Assembly: GCA_003614675.1 (NCBI GenBank)
Contig: ML002255.1
Coordinates: 1-56,829, forward strand
Length of the DNA stretch: 56,829 bases
Direction: 5' to 3'
Source: Dimargaris cristalligena
Lineage: Eukaryota
The notes under the pieces: model-generated
What the model was told of the DNA's origin: nothing
Databases searched by the model: none
The model's input: the letters and a program-made list of their open reading frames with translations, nothing else
In this document: positions 13,521 through 26,155 of the stretch, piece by piece
How positions within the stretch are numbered: position 1 is the first letter of the stretch
Layout of the letters: the number at the start of each line of letters is the position of its first letter
Translations under genes and position numbers: made by a program

Positions 13521-14764
13521 CTTTTCTTCCCTTCTATTTTACGAGAGGCCATAGTTGCTAGGGAGGGATGTATATAGTGGAAAAGAGTAGAATAGAGTAT
13601 AGGTAAGGATAATTGGTAGGATAGGGCGGGCTAATCACCGTAGTTGGAAGGCCAGTCTATGGTTTTATCTGCGCTGAGCTCAGCCATTTTAGACGGAAAT
13701 CATGGCTCTTCAGGGTTGGTCTGGGGAGCAGTGAGTGTGCCGGTCGATCGAAGCCAGGGCCATCCATCAACATTCCTTCGCCAACATATCCCTTCATTTC
13801 CCCATTCGGCCTTTACTAAGACTATCCCGTCTTTATTGCCCGAGCGATGAACACGCTTAGGCGAGTGTGGATGTAGTAGAGGAGGATGGGAGTCTACGTT
13901 GATCGATACACACCCCAAAAGCCAGTGGTTGGGCTGGATTCTTCCACATTAGGATTATCACCACTATAATCCATCATTATCCCCTGACGAAGCCCTTAAA
14001 ATATAAACCACGGAGGCCCCGCATCTCTGCCACTGCCCCATTAGATAGATACATTATTGACCTTGTGCCCGCTAAGACAGTAAATATCTCTCAAGAAAAG
14101 CGTTAACCTCCTCCACGCACAACACGGCCCATTTCCCCAATAAAATCACTCCGATAGTTACGTAGCTCGCCTAGGCGGTGTTCGGCTTCTCATTATTATT
14201 CCTGTATGAAGTGCAGCTGTCTTTCTTTGGTCTTACTTTCCTCATCTGTGGTTACTTCCTTCTTACTGCTTTTATTTATCCCTGCCCGTTTCCTCGCCAG
14301 ACCATCGTCTGTTTCCCATTCACCTCGCACTGCTTATTCCACTCGCAGAGGTTGCTGCCCTTCTCACCGCCCCCTTCTTCATCGGCTGCTCCTCTCGAGC
14401 CATATACTTCTTACTTTATGCTCCGTACGTGAGTCAAGCCCAGGCCCATCTTATTCTCCGCTACTTTCTCGCCCACCTTTCCACCTCCTAAACTAAAGTC
14501 ATACCCGTATACATTTCCTTTCTATTATACCAGTTCCCCGTTGCCTACCTTTCCCTATTCTTCCTATCCCTCCCATTCCTGCTCCGTTTACTTTATTTCC
14601 GTTCGATTTAGTTAGTTTAAACTGGTGTCATTTAGTCATTAACAGCCTAAACTCAAAAGGACTCTTGCTACGTCTTTAATATAATATATATCCCCTACAC
14701 CACCTCCTGGTTTTGCCACTCGGTCCCTGACAGTAGCGTGGTCTTTTCTATTCCCCGGGCACTT

Positions 14765-14836
14765 GCCTATATGCGCTTATTTTGATTCCTTGGACCACTC
14801 GCTTATATGCACTTATTTTGATTCCTTCGACCACTC
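14765..14836. repeat. 36-bp tandem duplication (2 copies)
   Basis: GCCTATATGCGCTTATTTTGATTCCTTGGACCACTC followed by GCTTATATGCACTTATTTTGATTCCTTCGACCACTC. Confidence 0.85.
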
Positions 14837-14998
14837 GCATTCTTTTCCATACATTTTTATATATAGACTTTCCCCGACCCTCCCCCAGTCTATCTCAACG
14901 CCCCTTGCTTTACTACTATCTCTATATTCCCGTTTATTTCCCGATTCGCCGCAGTTGCATCTCCCCAACCCTTATACATAGCATTCTACTCTCTTCCG

Positions 14999-16200
14999 GT
15001 AAGTACCTCTATTCCCTTATATCTTAAACGCACCGGGGGACCTTTAGCTGGCCCTTTCCCGGGCTCGGAGTTGCACCGGGCCGACTGTCCTGGTCTAGGA
15101 CTGCATATACGCTAGCCGGGTCCAGTGGAAGGTGACACAGGCCGGATGGTCTATCTCAGCTCTATCCGTCGGAGTGGTAAACCGGGGTATATTGGGCGGG
15201 ATCGGAGAGGAGTTTGGAACTGGGCCCACAGTGCCCCAGTCTCGCTGCCCTGGTAAAAATAGAGTACCTACCTACCTCCACGTATAGATAGTACTGGCCT
15301 GCGGCACTAAACTATCCCCCCTGCCTCTACCGCGTGGCCTAGTCTTGCGGTAGCGGTGGGTTGTCCTACTCTGCATGGCTGGGACCATGCCTAGTCGTAT
15401 CACTTCCCCTCTCTTTTGGGTTGATGCGGTAAAAAGAGAGAGAGAGGGGGGGAGCAGTGGGAAGAGAAATTAAGGCAACTGGGTCTGGATTGGGACCTTG
15501 TTGTTTTGTCCCTCTTATTACGTGGGTCTCCACTCTATGCTATATGCTCTATACCAGCGCGTTCCTCCCCCATTTATAATATCTGCTGAGTGCAACAATA
15601 ATAAAATAATGGTATATGGGGGTGGGATAAGCAGCAGTACTGGGAAGCCCTTTTTTCCTAGGAACAATCGTCCTTTTACTTACGTTATCGTCTCCCCCTC
15701 CCACCACTATATTCTGCAGACCGACCTCTCTTTCCACCCGGTTCCTTCTTCCTCTTTTCTTCTCCTTTCCTCTATTTCCTTTTGCTTGGTCTAGCTCGAG
15801 CGGGTTTGGCCTTTTATACTTCTTTCTTGTTCTATCCTTCCGAGTGCCCTTCCCTGGTGACTATTTATTGTATTGGACAGCTCACCCGACTGGTGCGGGC
15901 GCTTAACATTCCCTTTTACCCCGCTGCCTTGGCTTGATGGTGGCTTTAGCCTCCTAGTTCCAACTCATTCTTACCTACCCATTCACCCCTGCTTCCCTAG
16001 ACCAGACCCTCCTCGCAATAGCGTCTCGGGCCGGCCGGGGGTCCTTTTTTCTCCTACTCCACCGCCACTCCCCCCCTAACCCTAACTTTCTCAGTACCCA
16101 CTAACCCTACTATATTCTATTATCCCTCCCCCTTGCTTTATTTTGCCTGATTCTCCCATACCATTGACCACTCCTCTTATCTATCGTCCCGCCCTGCTAG
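14999..16200 (+). other. Probable long 5'-UTR intron of the PUF gene
   Basis: GTAAGT donor at 14999; CTAAC branch motifs at ~16076-16106; pyrimidine tract with first downstream AG at 16200. Confidence 0.5.
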
Positions 16201-16679
16201 TTCTCCGCCACCTTCGGATAGACCTCGCTCGTCTTGTCCACCGTCCGCCCTTGATTCACAGCCACTCTCTCCCCCCTTGGCAACTCCGCCCCGACCTCTT
16301 GCCTACTTCTCCCCACACATATCCCTCTTCCTTTTATCGCTCTTTCTCACCCGATCGCCTTCCTCTCTTCTCTTCGGACTTTGCCTATTTTCTCTGTCCT
16401 CTTCCTCTCTGTCTTGCTCCTTGGATTACCCGAGGCTGCCGTATCTTCATTCCTCCTCCCAACTTCCCCAAAAGCGGACCCACTGTTAAGCGTTTTAGAT
16501 AGCCGCACCTAATCCACATCCGCTCTTTCTCCATCCCTTATTCCTCTGGCCCTACCCAATGTCCATTGACGTGGTTGCAGCCCACTCCGACTCTAATCCC
16601 ACCATGCGACCTCCATCTTCCACCCCAGCCCCCGCCAACAACTCTTCCGTCCCCTTCCCCTCCCTGGGGGGGACCGGAT

Positions 16680-19600
16680 ATGCGGCTACTGTCCAAGCGC
16701 ACCATGGAGATCCAGGCCGAGGAAGGTATTCGACTGGCTCGACCCAGCCCCTTGGCTCCCGCTCCCGCTCCGTCCGCCTTCAACCCCTTCAAGGAGTTTG
16801 TGCGCTCCAAGACCCCCGAGCCTAGCTCCGGCTCATCCCTGTTTGACTGCGGGCCCTACGGTGACTTTGATTCTAGCCCAAGCCAACGGTCAACTGGCCC
16901 CGGCTCGGATGATATCCCGAACGGTGGCCTAAATTTTACTGGTCCGCGTCGATCCAGGGCCGATACCCTCCCTTCCTCGTTCCAGCCCTTGGACCTGAAT
17001 CTGTCCCTCAATGCGGAGCCCCCTGCCGCCCCCGCCCCTCCTTCCCCTAAACTACCGGCTCCGGTCGCTAGTTTACGTGCGTCGGCTTCCACCACATCCC
17101 TGCGATCCAGCCTCCACCGCTCCCGGGGCACCTCTCTGCATCTGCCCCCGACCGCCCTTAAGGAGGCCTTTGGGCCCGGGGTGTATACCTCGGCCTGGCT
17201 CAGTGGGGGCTTGGAGGACAGCGTTCTGCCCAGCCCCATCGCGACCCGCAATCAAATCGAAGAAATGAACAGTTCCCTCGCCAAGACCCTCGACTATCTG
17301 GGTTTGGACGAGGCCTGTATGTCTCCCCTCGAGCCCAAGCGCCAGGAGTTCCACCCACCCCACGCCGGGCGCCCAATGCATCCGAATTTTCTGGAGCTGC
17401 AGAACGCTGGCCGGATCCGGTCCTTCTCTCTCACCAGTGCCGATCTGGAAGATGAAGTCACCACGGGACCGGTCAATCCCAAAGTGGCCAACATCATTAA
17501 CACTCACGTGCGTACCCGGACCATCTCCAACCCCTACGCCGATCTGGGTTACCACTCTCGTGTGCCCTCCTCCCTGAGCGAGTCTATTTCCGCCAACCAG
17601 CTGCTCAATGGATCCGTGGTTGGTGAGTCGACCCCTCTGCGGGCCGCCTCCCCAGCTGGCCTGAACGGTCACCGGGCCCCTCTGAGCCGCTCCCACACCC
17701 CCGTAATGGGATTGGGTATGTCTAGCCTGGATGGGTCCAGCCAGTTGCCCTCCCGTAACCATACTCCTCGGAGTTCGGTCCACATCAACCCGGCCGACCT
17801 CAATGCCGAGATTAGCGGCTACTTGCAGAGCTTAAGCAAACACCCTTCGCTGGAGAATCTGGCTGGAGGCCGCCTCGATAGCTGTGACAGCGACGGCATG
17901 GGTCCGTCTGGTGACACCCTGATACCTACCCGCTCTCTATGGGTGGGTAACGTGGATCCGGCCCTCACTACCGCCGACTTCATGAATATCTTCTCCCCCT
18001 TCGGGGCCATCGAGTCCCTGCGCCTGCTGCCCGATAAGGAATGCGCGTTCATTAACTTTGCCCGCGTCGAAGACGCCATCAAGGCCCGGGATGAGATGCA
18101 GAACGGTAAGATCGGTAACTGCATTGTGCGTGTGGGTTTTGGCAAGGGTGACAACTACGCCAGTGTGGACGCCCAGGCCATGCAGCCTACTCGGGCTATC
18201 TGGGTGGGTAACATTTCCTCGTCTACTACCCCCGCCGCCCTCCAGAGTGTCTTCTCGGCCTTTGGCCCCATAGAGTCGGCCCGGGTCTTGACTCACAAGA
18301 ACTGTGGGTTTGTCAATTTTGAGAAGCTGGAAGATGCCGTTCGGGCCAAGAAGGCCATGAATGGCAAGGAGATTGCCGACTCGGTGGTCCGTATCGGTTA
18401 CGCAAAGGTGCCATCCAAGTCCGACCTCAGTGGCCGGTCTCGTGTGGCATCCGCCGCTTCCCCCCTGCCTAGTCAGCTTCTGACCCCCTGGGCCACGCCC
18501 GCCGTCACGGTGGACCCCAGTCTGAACCCCGAGGATGTACTGGAACCGGGTGCTTCTTTCATCATTGACGAACAACTGGTGGCCTATAACTACCTGAGCA
18601 GCATCCCCCCACTGCCCGAGCCACAGCCCCACCAGCGTCTGGACCAGGCCCGTCTTCGGGAAATCCGCAAGCGACTGGATGGTCACCCCACCCAACGTGA
18701 TGTGGACACTGCCTTTGAAGAACTCTTTGGTGTGTCCGTGGAGCTCTGTACCGACTACATTGGTAACACCATTGTGCAAAAGTTCATGGAGCGTTGCTCC
18801 CCCGAGCAAAAGCAGCGCCTGATTGAGTCGGTGGCTCCCCACACGGCCTCCATCGGTACCCACAAGAACGGCACGTGGGCTATCCAGAAGATGGTCGAAA
18901 CTGCCACCACCTCAGGACAAATGCTGCCCTTCGTCATGTCCATCAAGCCCACTACCCCGCCTCTGATGCTGGACCAGCTGGGCAACTACGTGGTACAATG
19001 CTGTCTACGCTTCGGTCCCCAGCGTAATCAGTTCATTTTTGACGCCATTCACGCCCGCTGCTGGGAGATTGCCCAGGGCCGTTTCGGAGCCCGGGCGATT
19101 CGCACCTGCCTGGAGCACCAGTTGACCACCCGTAAGCAGCAGAAACTAGTGGTGATCTCTTTGGTAAATAATGCAGTGTCTCTGACCACCAATGCTAACG
19201 GCTCGCTCCTGATCAACTGGCTGCTTGATTCGTCGGGCTTCCATGGTCGTTTCCGAGTCCTCGCCCCTCGCCTGGCGGACCATTTGGGCCATCTGTGTAC
19301 CCATAAGCTAGGCTCGTTGGTGGTCCTCAAGATCATCAACCAGCGGACCGAACTGGACGCCCGGGACCTTCTTCTGGGCCGACTCTTCTTCGACCCTTCC
19401 TCTGCTGTACTCGAGGATGTGCTCAGCGACCAGGTGCACGGTGTTTCCATTGTGCAGAAGATCCTGGCTGGCAACAGTTTGAATGAGTCCCAGAAGCAGG
19501 CCATCGCCGAAAATGTCAAGAACGTCTTGGCGCGCCTCCAGGTCTTCGCAGTCCAGGGCTACCGCCGGCTGTTGGAGGAGATTGACCACATCCTGCAGAC

Positions 19601-20246
19601 CTCGTTTGCCTCCCTCGCCGTCCTAGGCTCTTCGACCACTCCGCCCGTGATGCCCGGCCGGCAACAGTCTCCCCTCCACTTACCTCCTCACCTACTGCCC
19701 CACCACCAAGCGTCCCTGCATCACCATAACCACCATGGTCACCCTCAGCAGCAGATTCCTCCCCCTGCCCAAAGCCAACAACAACAACCACAACAGCAGC
19801 AGTCCTTCCCCGTGGGTACCTTCAATGGCCTCTTCCCCCACGCGGGTCCAGCCGCCAACTCAGCTCCTGTGGGTGGAGCCGGTTTCCCCTACAACAACAT
19901 GATGGTCTACAGCCCACTCATGAATCCCTACAGCTACGGCGTTGTAGGCATGTCTCCCAACAGCGGGATGCTAAACATGGGTATGGCTGGTGGGCCAGGC
20001 ACGGTGGGCGGTATGGTCCCCAATAGCATGCTTCTGGCCAACGGCTCGGCGGGAACTAACACGCCACCCTTGGATGCCAACCGGCAGAATCTGTTGGTTT
20101 CGACTCTAGCCAGCGCCACCTACGCCTCGACAGCGGCGGCTACTAATGGTAATTTGGGCTACACTGCTGGGGCCGATAATGCCCTGGCCACCTCGTCGGC
20201 GGATTCCGTAGATCAACAATCCTCGACTCCTATGGCTTCCATGTAA
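16680..20246 (+). CDS. Jsn1/Puf1-Puf2-like protein with two RRMs and Pumilio repeats. First in-frame ATG is 16680; true start may be 16559 (see findings)
   Basis: RRSRADTLPS motif; RRMs PTRSLWVGN..KECAFINF and PTRAIWVGN..KNCGFVNF; PUF repeats DYIGNTIVQK, HKNGTWAIQK, DQLGNYVVQC, GRFGARAIR; His/Gln-rich tail. Confidence 0.9.
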   Translation: MRLLSKRTMEIQAEEGIRLARPSPLAPAPAPSAFNPFKEFVRSKTPEPSSGSSLFDCGPYGDFDSSPSQRSTGPGSDDIPNGGLNFTGPRRSRADTLPSSFQPLDLNLSLNAEPPAAPAPPSPKLPAPVASLRASASTTSLRSSLHRSRGTSLHLPPTALKEAFGPGVYTSAWLSGGLEDSVLPSPIATRNQIEEMNSSLAKTLDYLGLDEACMSPLEPKRQEFHPPHAGRPMHPNFLELQNAGRIRSFSLTSADLEDEVTTGPVNPKVANIINTHVRTRTISNPYADLGYHSRVPSSLSESISANQLLNGSVVGESTPLRAASPAGLNGHRAPLSRSHTPVMGLGMSSLDGSSQLPSRNHTPRSSVHINPADLNAEISGYLQSLSKHPSLENLAGGRLDSCDSDGMGPSGDTLIPTRSLWVGNVDPALTTADFMNIFSPFGAIESLRLLPDKECAFINFARVEDAIKARDEMQNGKIGNCIVRVGFGKGDNYASVDAQAMQPTRAIWVGNISSSTTPAALQSVFSAFGPIESARVLTHKNCGFVNFEKLEDAVRAKKAMNGKEIADSVVRIGYAKVPSKSDLSGRSRVASAASPLPSQLLTPWATPAVTVDPSLNPEDVLEPGASFIIDEQLVAYNYLSSIPPLPEPQPHQRLDQARLREIRKRLDGHPTQRDVDTAFEELFGVSVELCTDYIGNTIVQKFMERCSPEQKQRLIESVAPHTASIGTHKNGTWAIQKMVETATTSGQMLPFVMSIKPTTPPLMLDQLGNYVVQCCLRFGPQRNQFIFDAIHARCWEIAQGRFGARAIRTCLEHQLTTRKQQKLVVISLVNNAVSLTTNANGSLLINWLLDSSGFHGRFRVLAPRLADHLGHLCTHKLGSLVVLKIINQRTELDARDLLLGRLFFDPSSAVLEDVLSDQVHGVSIVQKILAGNSLNESQKQAIAENVKNVLARLQVFAVQGYRRLLEEIDHILQTSFASLAVLGSSTTPPVMPGRQQSPLHLPPHLLPHHQASLHHHNHHGHPQQQIPPPAQSQQQQPQQQQSFPVGTFNGLFPHAGPAANSAPVGGAGFPYNNMMVYSPLMNPYSYGVVGMSPNSGMLNMGMAGGPGTVGGMVPNSMLLANGSAGTNTPPLDANRQNLLVSTLASATYASTAAATNGNLGYTAGADNALATSSADSVDQQSSTPMASM

Positions 20247-20527
20247 CTTTTCCATGGCCTGGTTTGACTAGCAACTCACTTGATTTTTTTCTTAAAGCAT
20301 AAACAGCCGCAATCTTGACCCTAGTGCGCGCACCCCCTCACCCCTAAAACCGTACTCTTTTGATGTTCGAATTGATAATCTCTTTCCACTCACTCACATC
20401 CTCTCTAATTTTTTTACGTCCTTCCTTGACCTTCGAAACACACTTCCCCTAGTTTATATATCCCTTATTCTATATATATATCCACATCTACACTAGATCC
20501 AGCCCCCATTCTCGACCAGCCATTAAC

Positions 20528-20671
20528 ATATGGGTGAAATTCAGCTCGGCTGTACAAGGTTTTAACAGATATGTGTATGGGAAAATCGGTGGGATGTTAA
20601 TTTCCAGCCAGTAGTATTTGCCTCATCAAATGGGTTTTTCGTTATACAGCCTTGTTGAATTACTCCCATAT
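20528..20671 (+). mobile_element. 144-bp MITE-like element, copy 3, between convergent genes
   Basis: ATAT-GGGTGAAATTCA...TGAATTACTCCC-ATAT; most similar to copy 1. Confidence 0.85.
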
Positions 20672-21176
20672 ATTTAAATGTGTTACATACATTCATTACC
20701 GGCTTCTAAGCTTTTATATCCACACCAGCAATATACACCCATCTGTGCTTTTATCTTTATCATTGTTTTAATTAATTTTTTTGGGAAATTTCGCCTTGAA
20801 TATTCCGTATAAATATATATTTACATATGAAACTCATTCGATTAACTAACTACTCCCTTTATTTCTTTTTTATAACATCTACCCCATTAGCTCTATATTG
20901 CTCACTTGAATCACATACCCTTCATTCGTCAATCAACACCAATCTTGATTATTTTTTAAAAAAATCTTTTGCACTCCAGTGATTTTTGTTTTCGGATCAC
21001 TTCATTAAAATGAAATAAAAATATAATTAAATAGTATATACATTGCCCATAGGCATGGATATGTTCACTTAACCATATAGCATTGCGCTAGCTGTCTATA
21101 ATACACAATATGGTCGTTATCGAGTATGGACTAGAACGGGAACATAATGATAGCTACAGAACTGCATTTAAAAAAA

Positions 21177-23603
21177 TTAGCTGCCGTCTTCATCATCAGT
21201 GCTATCACTCGCCAAATCATCTTCCTCACGGTACACCGGCCGCACATGCGGAGCCAACACGGCGTTAATTTCCATTCGGGCGAGTTCACGGTCGATTTCC
21301 CGTTGGCGGCGTTGGACCTCCCGGGGAAAATACAATTTCAAAAAATTGCGCAAAGCGCCGTCCAAATTGCGGGCAGTGGCGGATTCCACAGCGGCGGGAC
21401 AGCGACAGAGGGGACAGTCGACGATACGCTGCCGCACGGCCTTGACCAAACAGCGCACACAGTACCGATGTCCGCAGCGTAAGCGCACGGGGGGCCAACA
21501 CAAGGCCAAACAGAGCGGACAGTCGTAGTCGGTGGGCTGGGGGACGAGGGTGAGTAACCGACGGGCGAGGGCGAAACTCAGGGCGCGGGGTAAGTCTAGT
21601 GCCGCGAAGGAGGACAAGGCGGAGGAAGTGGGGGTTCCATCCAGGCCCCCGGCCCTTCGATGCCGGACGTGAATAACGAGTTCGGAAAACACCGGAGCGG
21701 CCCTCAGGTGGGTCCGTTTATCGTGTTTTTTCAGGATTTTGGTCAGGGCGGTCTGGTTCAAGTCCCGGAACGCCTTGGCAGTGAGGAGGGCCAGATTGAA
21801 ATGCAAGAACTCGGTCAAGACCATGGGGGAAGCCGGGTGACGCCAGTGGTCCGGCAGCCGGTGGCGGTCCAGGATAGTATGGGTAAAGGTCCGGAATTGG
21901 CGTTGGGAGTATTCGACCGGTCCCTCCCCGCGGCGCCAGTCCCCCTGGGCTTGTTCCCAAATGGCCGCAGAACGGTAGCAACGAAACACCGTACGCCAGC
22001 CGTACAAGTCGGGGCTGTACGGGGAAGCTACCGTGGCGAGTTGGCTTTCTAATTTGTCGAGTCGGTGGCGGAAATCGGCTTCGCTATGCCGCTGGAATCG
22101 GTCCATGCGTTCGAGTTGGTTCAGAATGGAACTGAAAAACGTGGTGTCGGATTTCAGAGTGACGGTTTGGCTGGGGCTGGGGAGTAGAGTAGAGTAGGAT
22201 AGGAGAGATAGTATGATGGGTAAAGAAAGAGGGTTAGTTGAGATGGTAGACCAGTGGGTGAAGAACTTCAATGGCCCTTTTAATAGCAAGCCCAGGCTCG
22301 TTACGTCACTGATCCTAATTGATTAAGCGGATTATGGCGATTATGAATTAGAGACAGATCTCCTCATTTAGTAGAGTATAATCTATAATCTATACTTACC
22401 TAACATTAGCCTCGCCAAGCACTTCCGCTTCCTCTGTCGAAGCCGAGCATTCGCTGCTTTTGGCTGCATCCAGGGTGGACGGGACCTCGTGGTTTTGCGA
22501 GCCATCGCGGGTTATAACCGTTTTGGCGGATGGTTTGGGTAATTGAATTACCGAAGTGATTGAGTCGCTGGAATCTGCAAGGAACAAAAATTCGGTAATA
22601 GGGGGATCAAACAATATGTGATTGTGAATGTTAATATTAATATTAATACTTATGCTAATACCGTGAGACCGATGCACTTCGCCGGCAGCTGAAGGATCAG
22701 ACGATTCTCTGGACTTAAAAACAAAAAAGCACGCACCCTGCAGGCAACTTCATGTATCGTTGCTATTGTACAGGTCAGGTCAGGTCCATCATATTTTTCT
22801 GCCCTGTTTGCAGTTTGGGAGTGCTCTTATGAGCCACCACCCCCACCTAAACCACAGGGTAATAGTGCATATGATATTCCCGTGCAAATAAAAGAAGGAG
22901 GGAATAGTATATACAATATGGGGTACATTTACGACTTTGTATATATATATATGGTGGCCAGTTTCTCGGCCGAGGGCCCGCCCCACCTACCGAACGAACC
23001 CCCCAAAAAACAATATAGAATCCAAGGAAACTTACCAATCAGGGAGTACACCAGCCCGCTTAGCAACGGCCGTCTCGACGAGGTATTCGAAAAGTCAGGC
23101 ACCGTGGCGCCGGGGCTCTTAACCAAGCCGGCGGGCAGCGTTTCCGGTGAAGAAGGTATCCGGATCGCGTCGATGAACCCGGTCGACCCTAAAACTTCAT
23201 CAACCTGGTGGCGGCGGCCTTCTGCTGTGGATTCCGCCGTTGTGATCGGCTTATTGGTGGGCGAGTCACTGGAGTGACGACGGGCCACCGCCACCCCCGT
23301 GGCCCCTTCTACCCCAGGTTGTTCGTCTTTGCCGGCGTCGCCAGTGTCGTCGTCCTTGTCTTCTTTTTCCCCTTGGTCTCCTTCACCTTTTACCTCCCCC
23401 GTCTCCTCACGACTGACGGGCGATGGTTCAGGGACGAAGGGACTGCTGTGCCTAGGCTGGGTGGGGGACGGCGGAAAGGTCTCCTCCAGTTCGCGGACGA
23501 TAAACTTGATGCTTTTCTTCAGGCCTTTGTAGTTGATAAGGTAGGGTCGCCAGTCGACGGGCAGCTCCGTGGCCCCGGCCTCGAGGGTCTTGTTAAACTT
23601 CAT
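21177..23603 (-). CDS. SPX-RING E3 ubiquitin ligase (S. pombe Pqr1/Spx1-like, plant NLA-type architecture). Exons (minus) 23603-23036, 22574-22400, 22176(or 22314)-21177
   Basis: SPX N-terminus MKFNKTL..PVDWRPYLINYKGLKKSIK; SPX C-terminal part LNQTALTKILKKHDKRT; C3HC4 RING CPLC..CGHRYCVRC..CPLCR; intron phases are consistent. Confidence 0.9.
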
Positions 23604-25559
23604 GGGTGGGTAGAGCGCACACGCGGGTGGGTGGGGGGGGTTACAGGTGGTCAGTAGAGGACAGTAATGGGTGAGGCAAAAATAATAGCTGGGAGGGAGG
23701 GAATGAGACCCCGGGTGGGTGGTGGTGGGACTATGGCGCGCAAGGGAATGGGGAAGAGAGAAGACGAGGGCGGGTACTCTGAAAAAACGCCTCAACCATA
23801 TGGAAACAGAAGGATGTAGGGGAATAAATATGGTAGAGCGTGTGGGAGAAGCCTCAGAAATTGAAGTAGGCACTATTGGGCAGCAGTCCCTTTTTATATA
23901 ATGTACCCGTTTCTATATGCGTATTTACAGGTAGGTTATATGCCCTTAGCCACCACCACAGTATATTTTTTGCACAGGGAATGGACCACACAGCACCCGC
24001 GGGCGATTGGACAACTCCGGGCAGTGAGAGAAAATATTGCTAAAACTGAGCCCCCCTATTCGCTCCTGGGGCTACTCGACTTGTCGAACGAGGGACGCAG
24101 CATGGCCCATGCGTCCCTTTCTTATACCAATAGTTCGCTGACTTTTAAAGTAGGCTGAACCAGCCAATACTTTATAATGGGGCGAAGACCTATTATTACT
24201 GAATAACTATAACAACAGGCGACTTGCTCCTTAATTCCGATGGAAGTCCTTGGTACGGAAATCCGGGAGAATCGACCGGTTGGCCCGTTCCATTCTGTTC
24301 GATTGGCCGATACCCTCCTATATCCAGCGAATTGAAACGAAAGGATAACTGCTGATCCAACCCCCATGTCCCTCTCCCACCATAGTATTTAGAAAACATA
24401 CTACTCTACGAATAAGCCCACAACACCCACATTTCCAAAGCATATACTTTTAAAGTTATTTATTACAAATGATGAATATCCCAGAACTGCCATCGGACAA
24501 CCTATACGAAACAAGTAAGCCAAAATCAAACATAGAATCATGGATTAGAATCCCGCCTTCACGGAACACACATCAACAGAACCTGCTGTAAAGCAGCCCT
24601 CAGAGATCTTGGTGATAAATTTATAAACTTCATTGCACCTAGCTCGTAAGTAGCAAATATATCAATCATCAGCGGGCATATGGGAGTTGGTTGAATCATC
24701 GATAGCACAGGGGCAATAGACTTACCATTAAAACCACCAACGGACATCACGGGGGGTTACCGATTGGCCTAACGAACATACAGAACACCATCTATTGCAA
24801 CAGGTTTCAGGATCAAGCGGAATAGATAATACTAGTCAATACACAAGTACTGAAATGCGGCAACGAAAGGTCCTTTCATCAAACAGCAGAGGCCGTTGGT
24901 ATATCTCAGCAAAAGTTGGAATCATCGGGAAGCCTTGTGAACAACCCAGATCATACGTAAATTATCCGAAAAACATCAGAGAAGGGGCACACTAACATAA
25001 TACAATCGGTGTGTAGAGGCTTACCTTCTATAGTCAACTAGGCTGGAAGAGATACTAAAAAACACAAGAAAACAAGTGAAATGAGAGAGAAACATAGTTG
25101 CTTAGGCCAGACCGCCTTCTAGCTGTATATAAATATGGCCCCAGGTTTAGCAGGCTAATCAAATGCCTGCTTGCTTCTGATGGGTGGCCTAAATAGCCCC
25201 TTAAAAAAATCAGCAAAAAAAAATTGGATTCAGATATCAGTTTCGGCACGTGACTCAAAAGCAAAGTCAGGTTAAGCATCAAATGATGGTAGAAGTATAT
25301 CAAAATACGCCCCCTCTCTCCCGCACTTAATCTCCTTTGGCTGTGGTTCATGGGAGCAAATGGTTAACAAAATTGGGTACTAGTAGAAACAGATTTGGAT
25401 ACAGGGATATACCAGGTGTTGATAAAAACCAACCGGCGGATGGTTAAATATAGGTGCAAAGTAGCTCGTGGCCCCACTACCAAAAAAAACCCCCCCGCTC
25501 ATGTTCATAAATAAATGTCCATTTGTGATTATAGAGACGCTGATTTAGTTTCTAAATCC

Positions 25560-25703
25560 ATATGGATGAAATTCAAACCAGCTGTATAAGGTTTTACAAT
25601 ATACGTGTATGGGCGAATATCTGTGAGAATAGCTTTTAACCAGTAATATTGGCCTCATCCGATGGATTTTTCATTATGCAGCCTGAATGAACTTCTCCCA
25701 TAT
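25560..25703 (+). mobile_element. 144-bp MITE-like element, copy 4
   Basis: ATAT-GGATGAAATTCA...TGAACTTCTCCC-ATAT. Confidence 0.8.
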
Positions 25704-26155
25704 GTATGTATATACATACTGGCGATTCTAAGTTTTACAATCGAATCACCTTGGTGTCCCAGCTGACGACCCGACTGTTTTTGGATGATGTTGCAGTGTA
25801 GTTCATTCTTTATTGAGGTTTGAAAGGGGTTACTTTGATGTAAATGCAGGATACCTTTGCTAAATCAGTTGAAAAAGTCAATGGTCTCGTTATGCTATGC
25901 ATGAGAATTAATACATACGTGCTAAAATAAGATACAAGCCTAAAGCCCATACTATGGTTTGGAGAAATGAATTCCAGGCTCAAAATTAGATTACCGTCAG
26001 TCTTGGATTCCCCAGCACCGGACCGAGAGTCAGCTCGGGGAGGGTGTGTGTGATTTAATCACCAGGGCGATGGCTGGGCTTACCTAAAAATCCACGTGTG
26101 CCTTAGGCTCTAAGTAGCGCCAATGCCCCTGCCGTTCTCCCGCTTTGCGCCTGCC

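Noticed and set aside
16073-16110. Telomere-like CCCTAA repeats (also at ~44033-44048)
   Set aside because: Only about two units; at 16073 they are better explained as CTAAC branch points
24469-24995. Possible spliced small gene suggested by GTAAG motifs
   Set aside because: Would need an implausibly short (~34 nt) intron and gives no recognisable product
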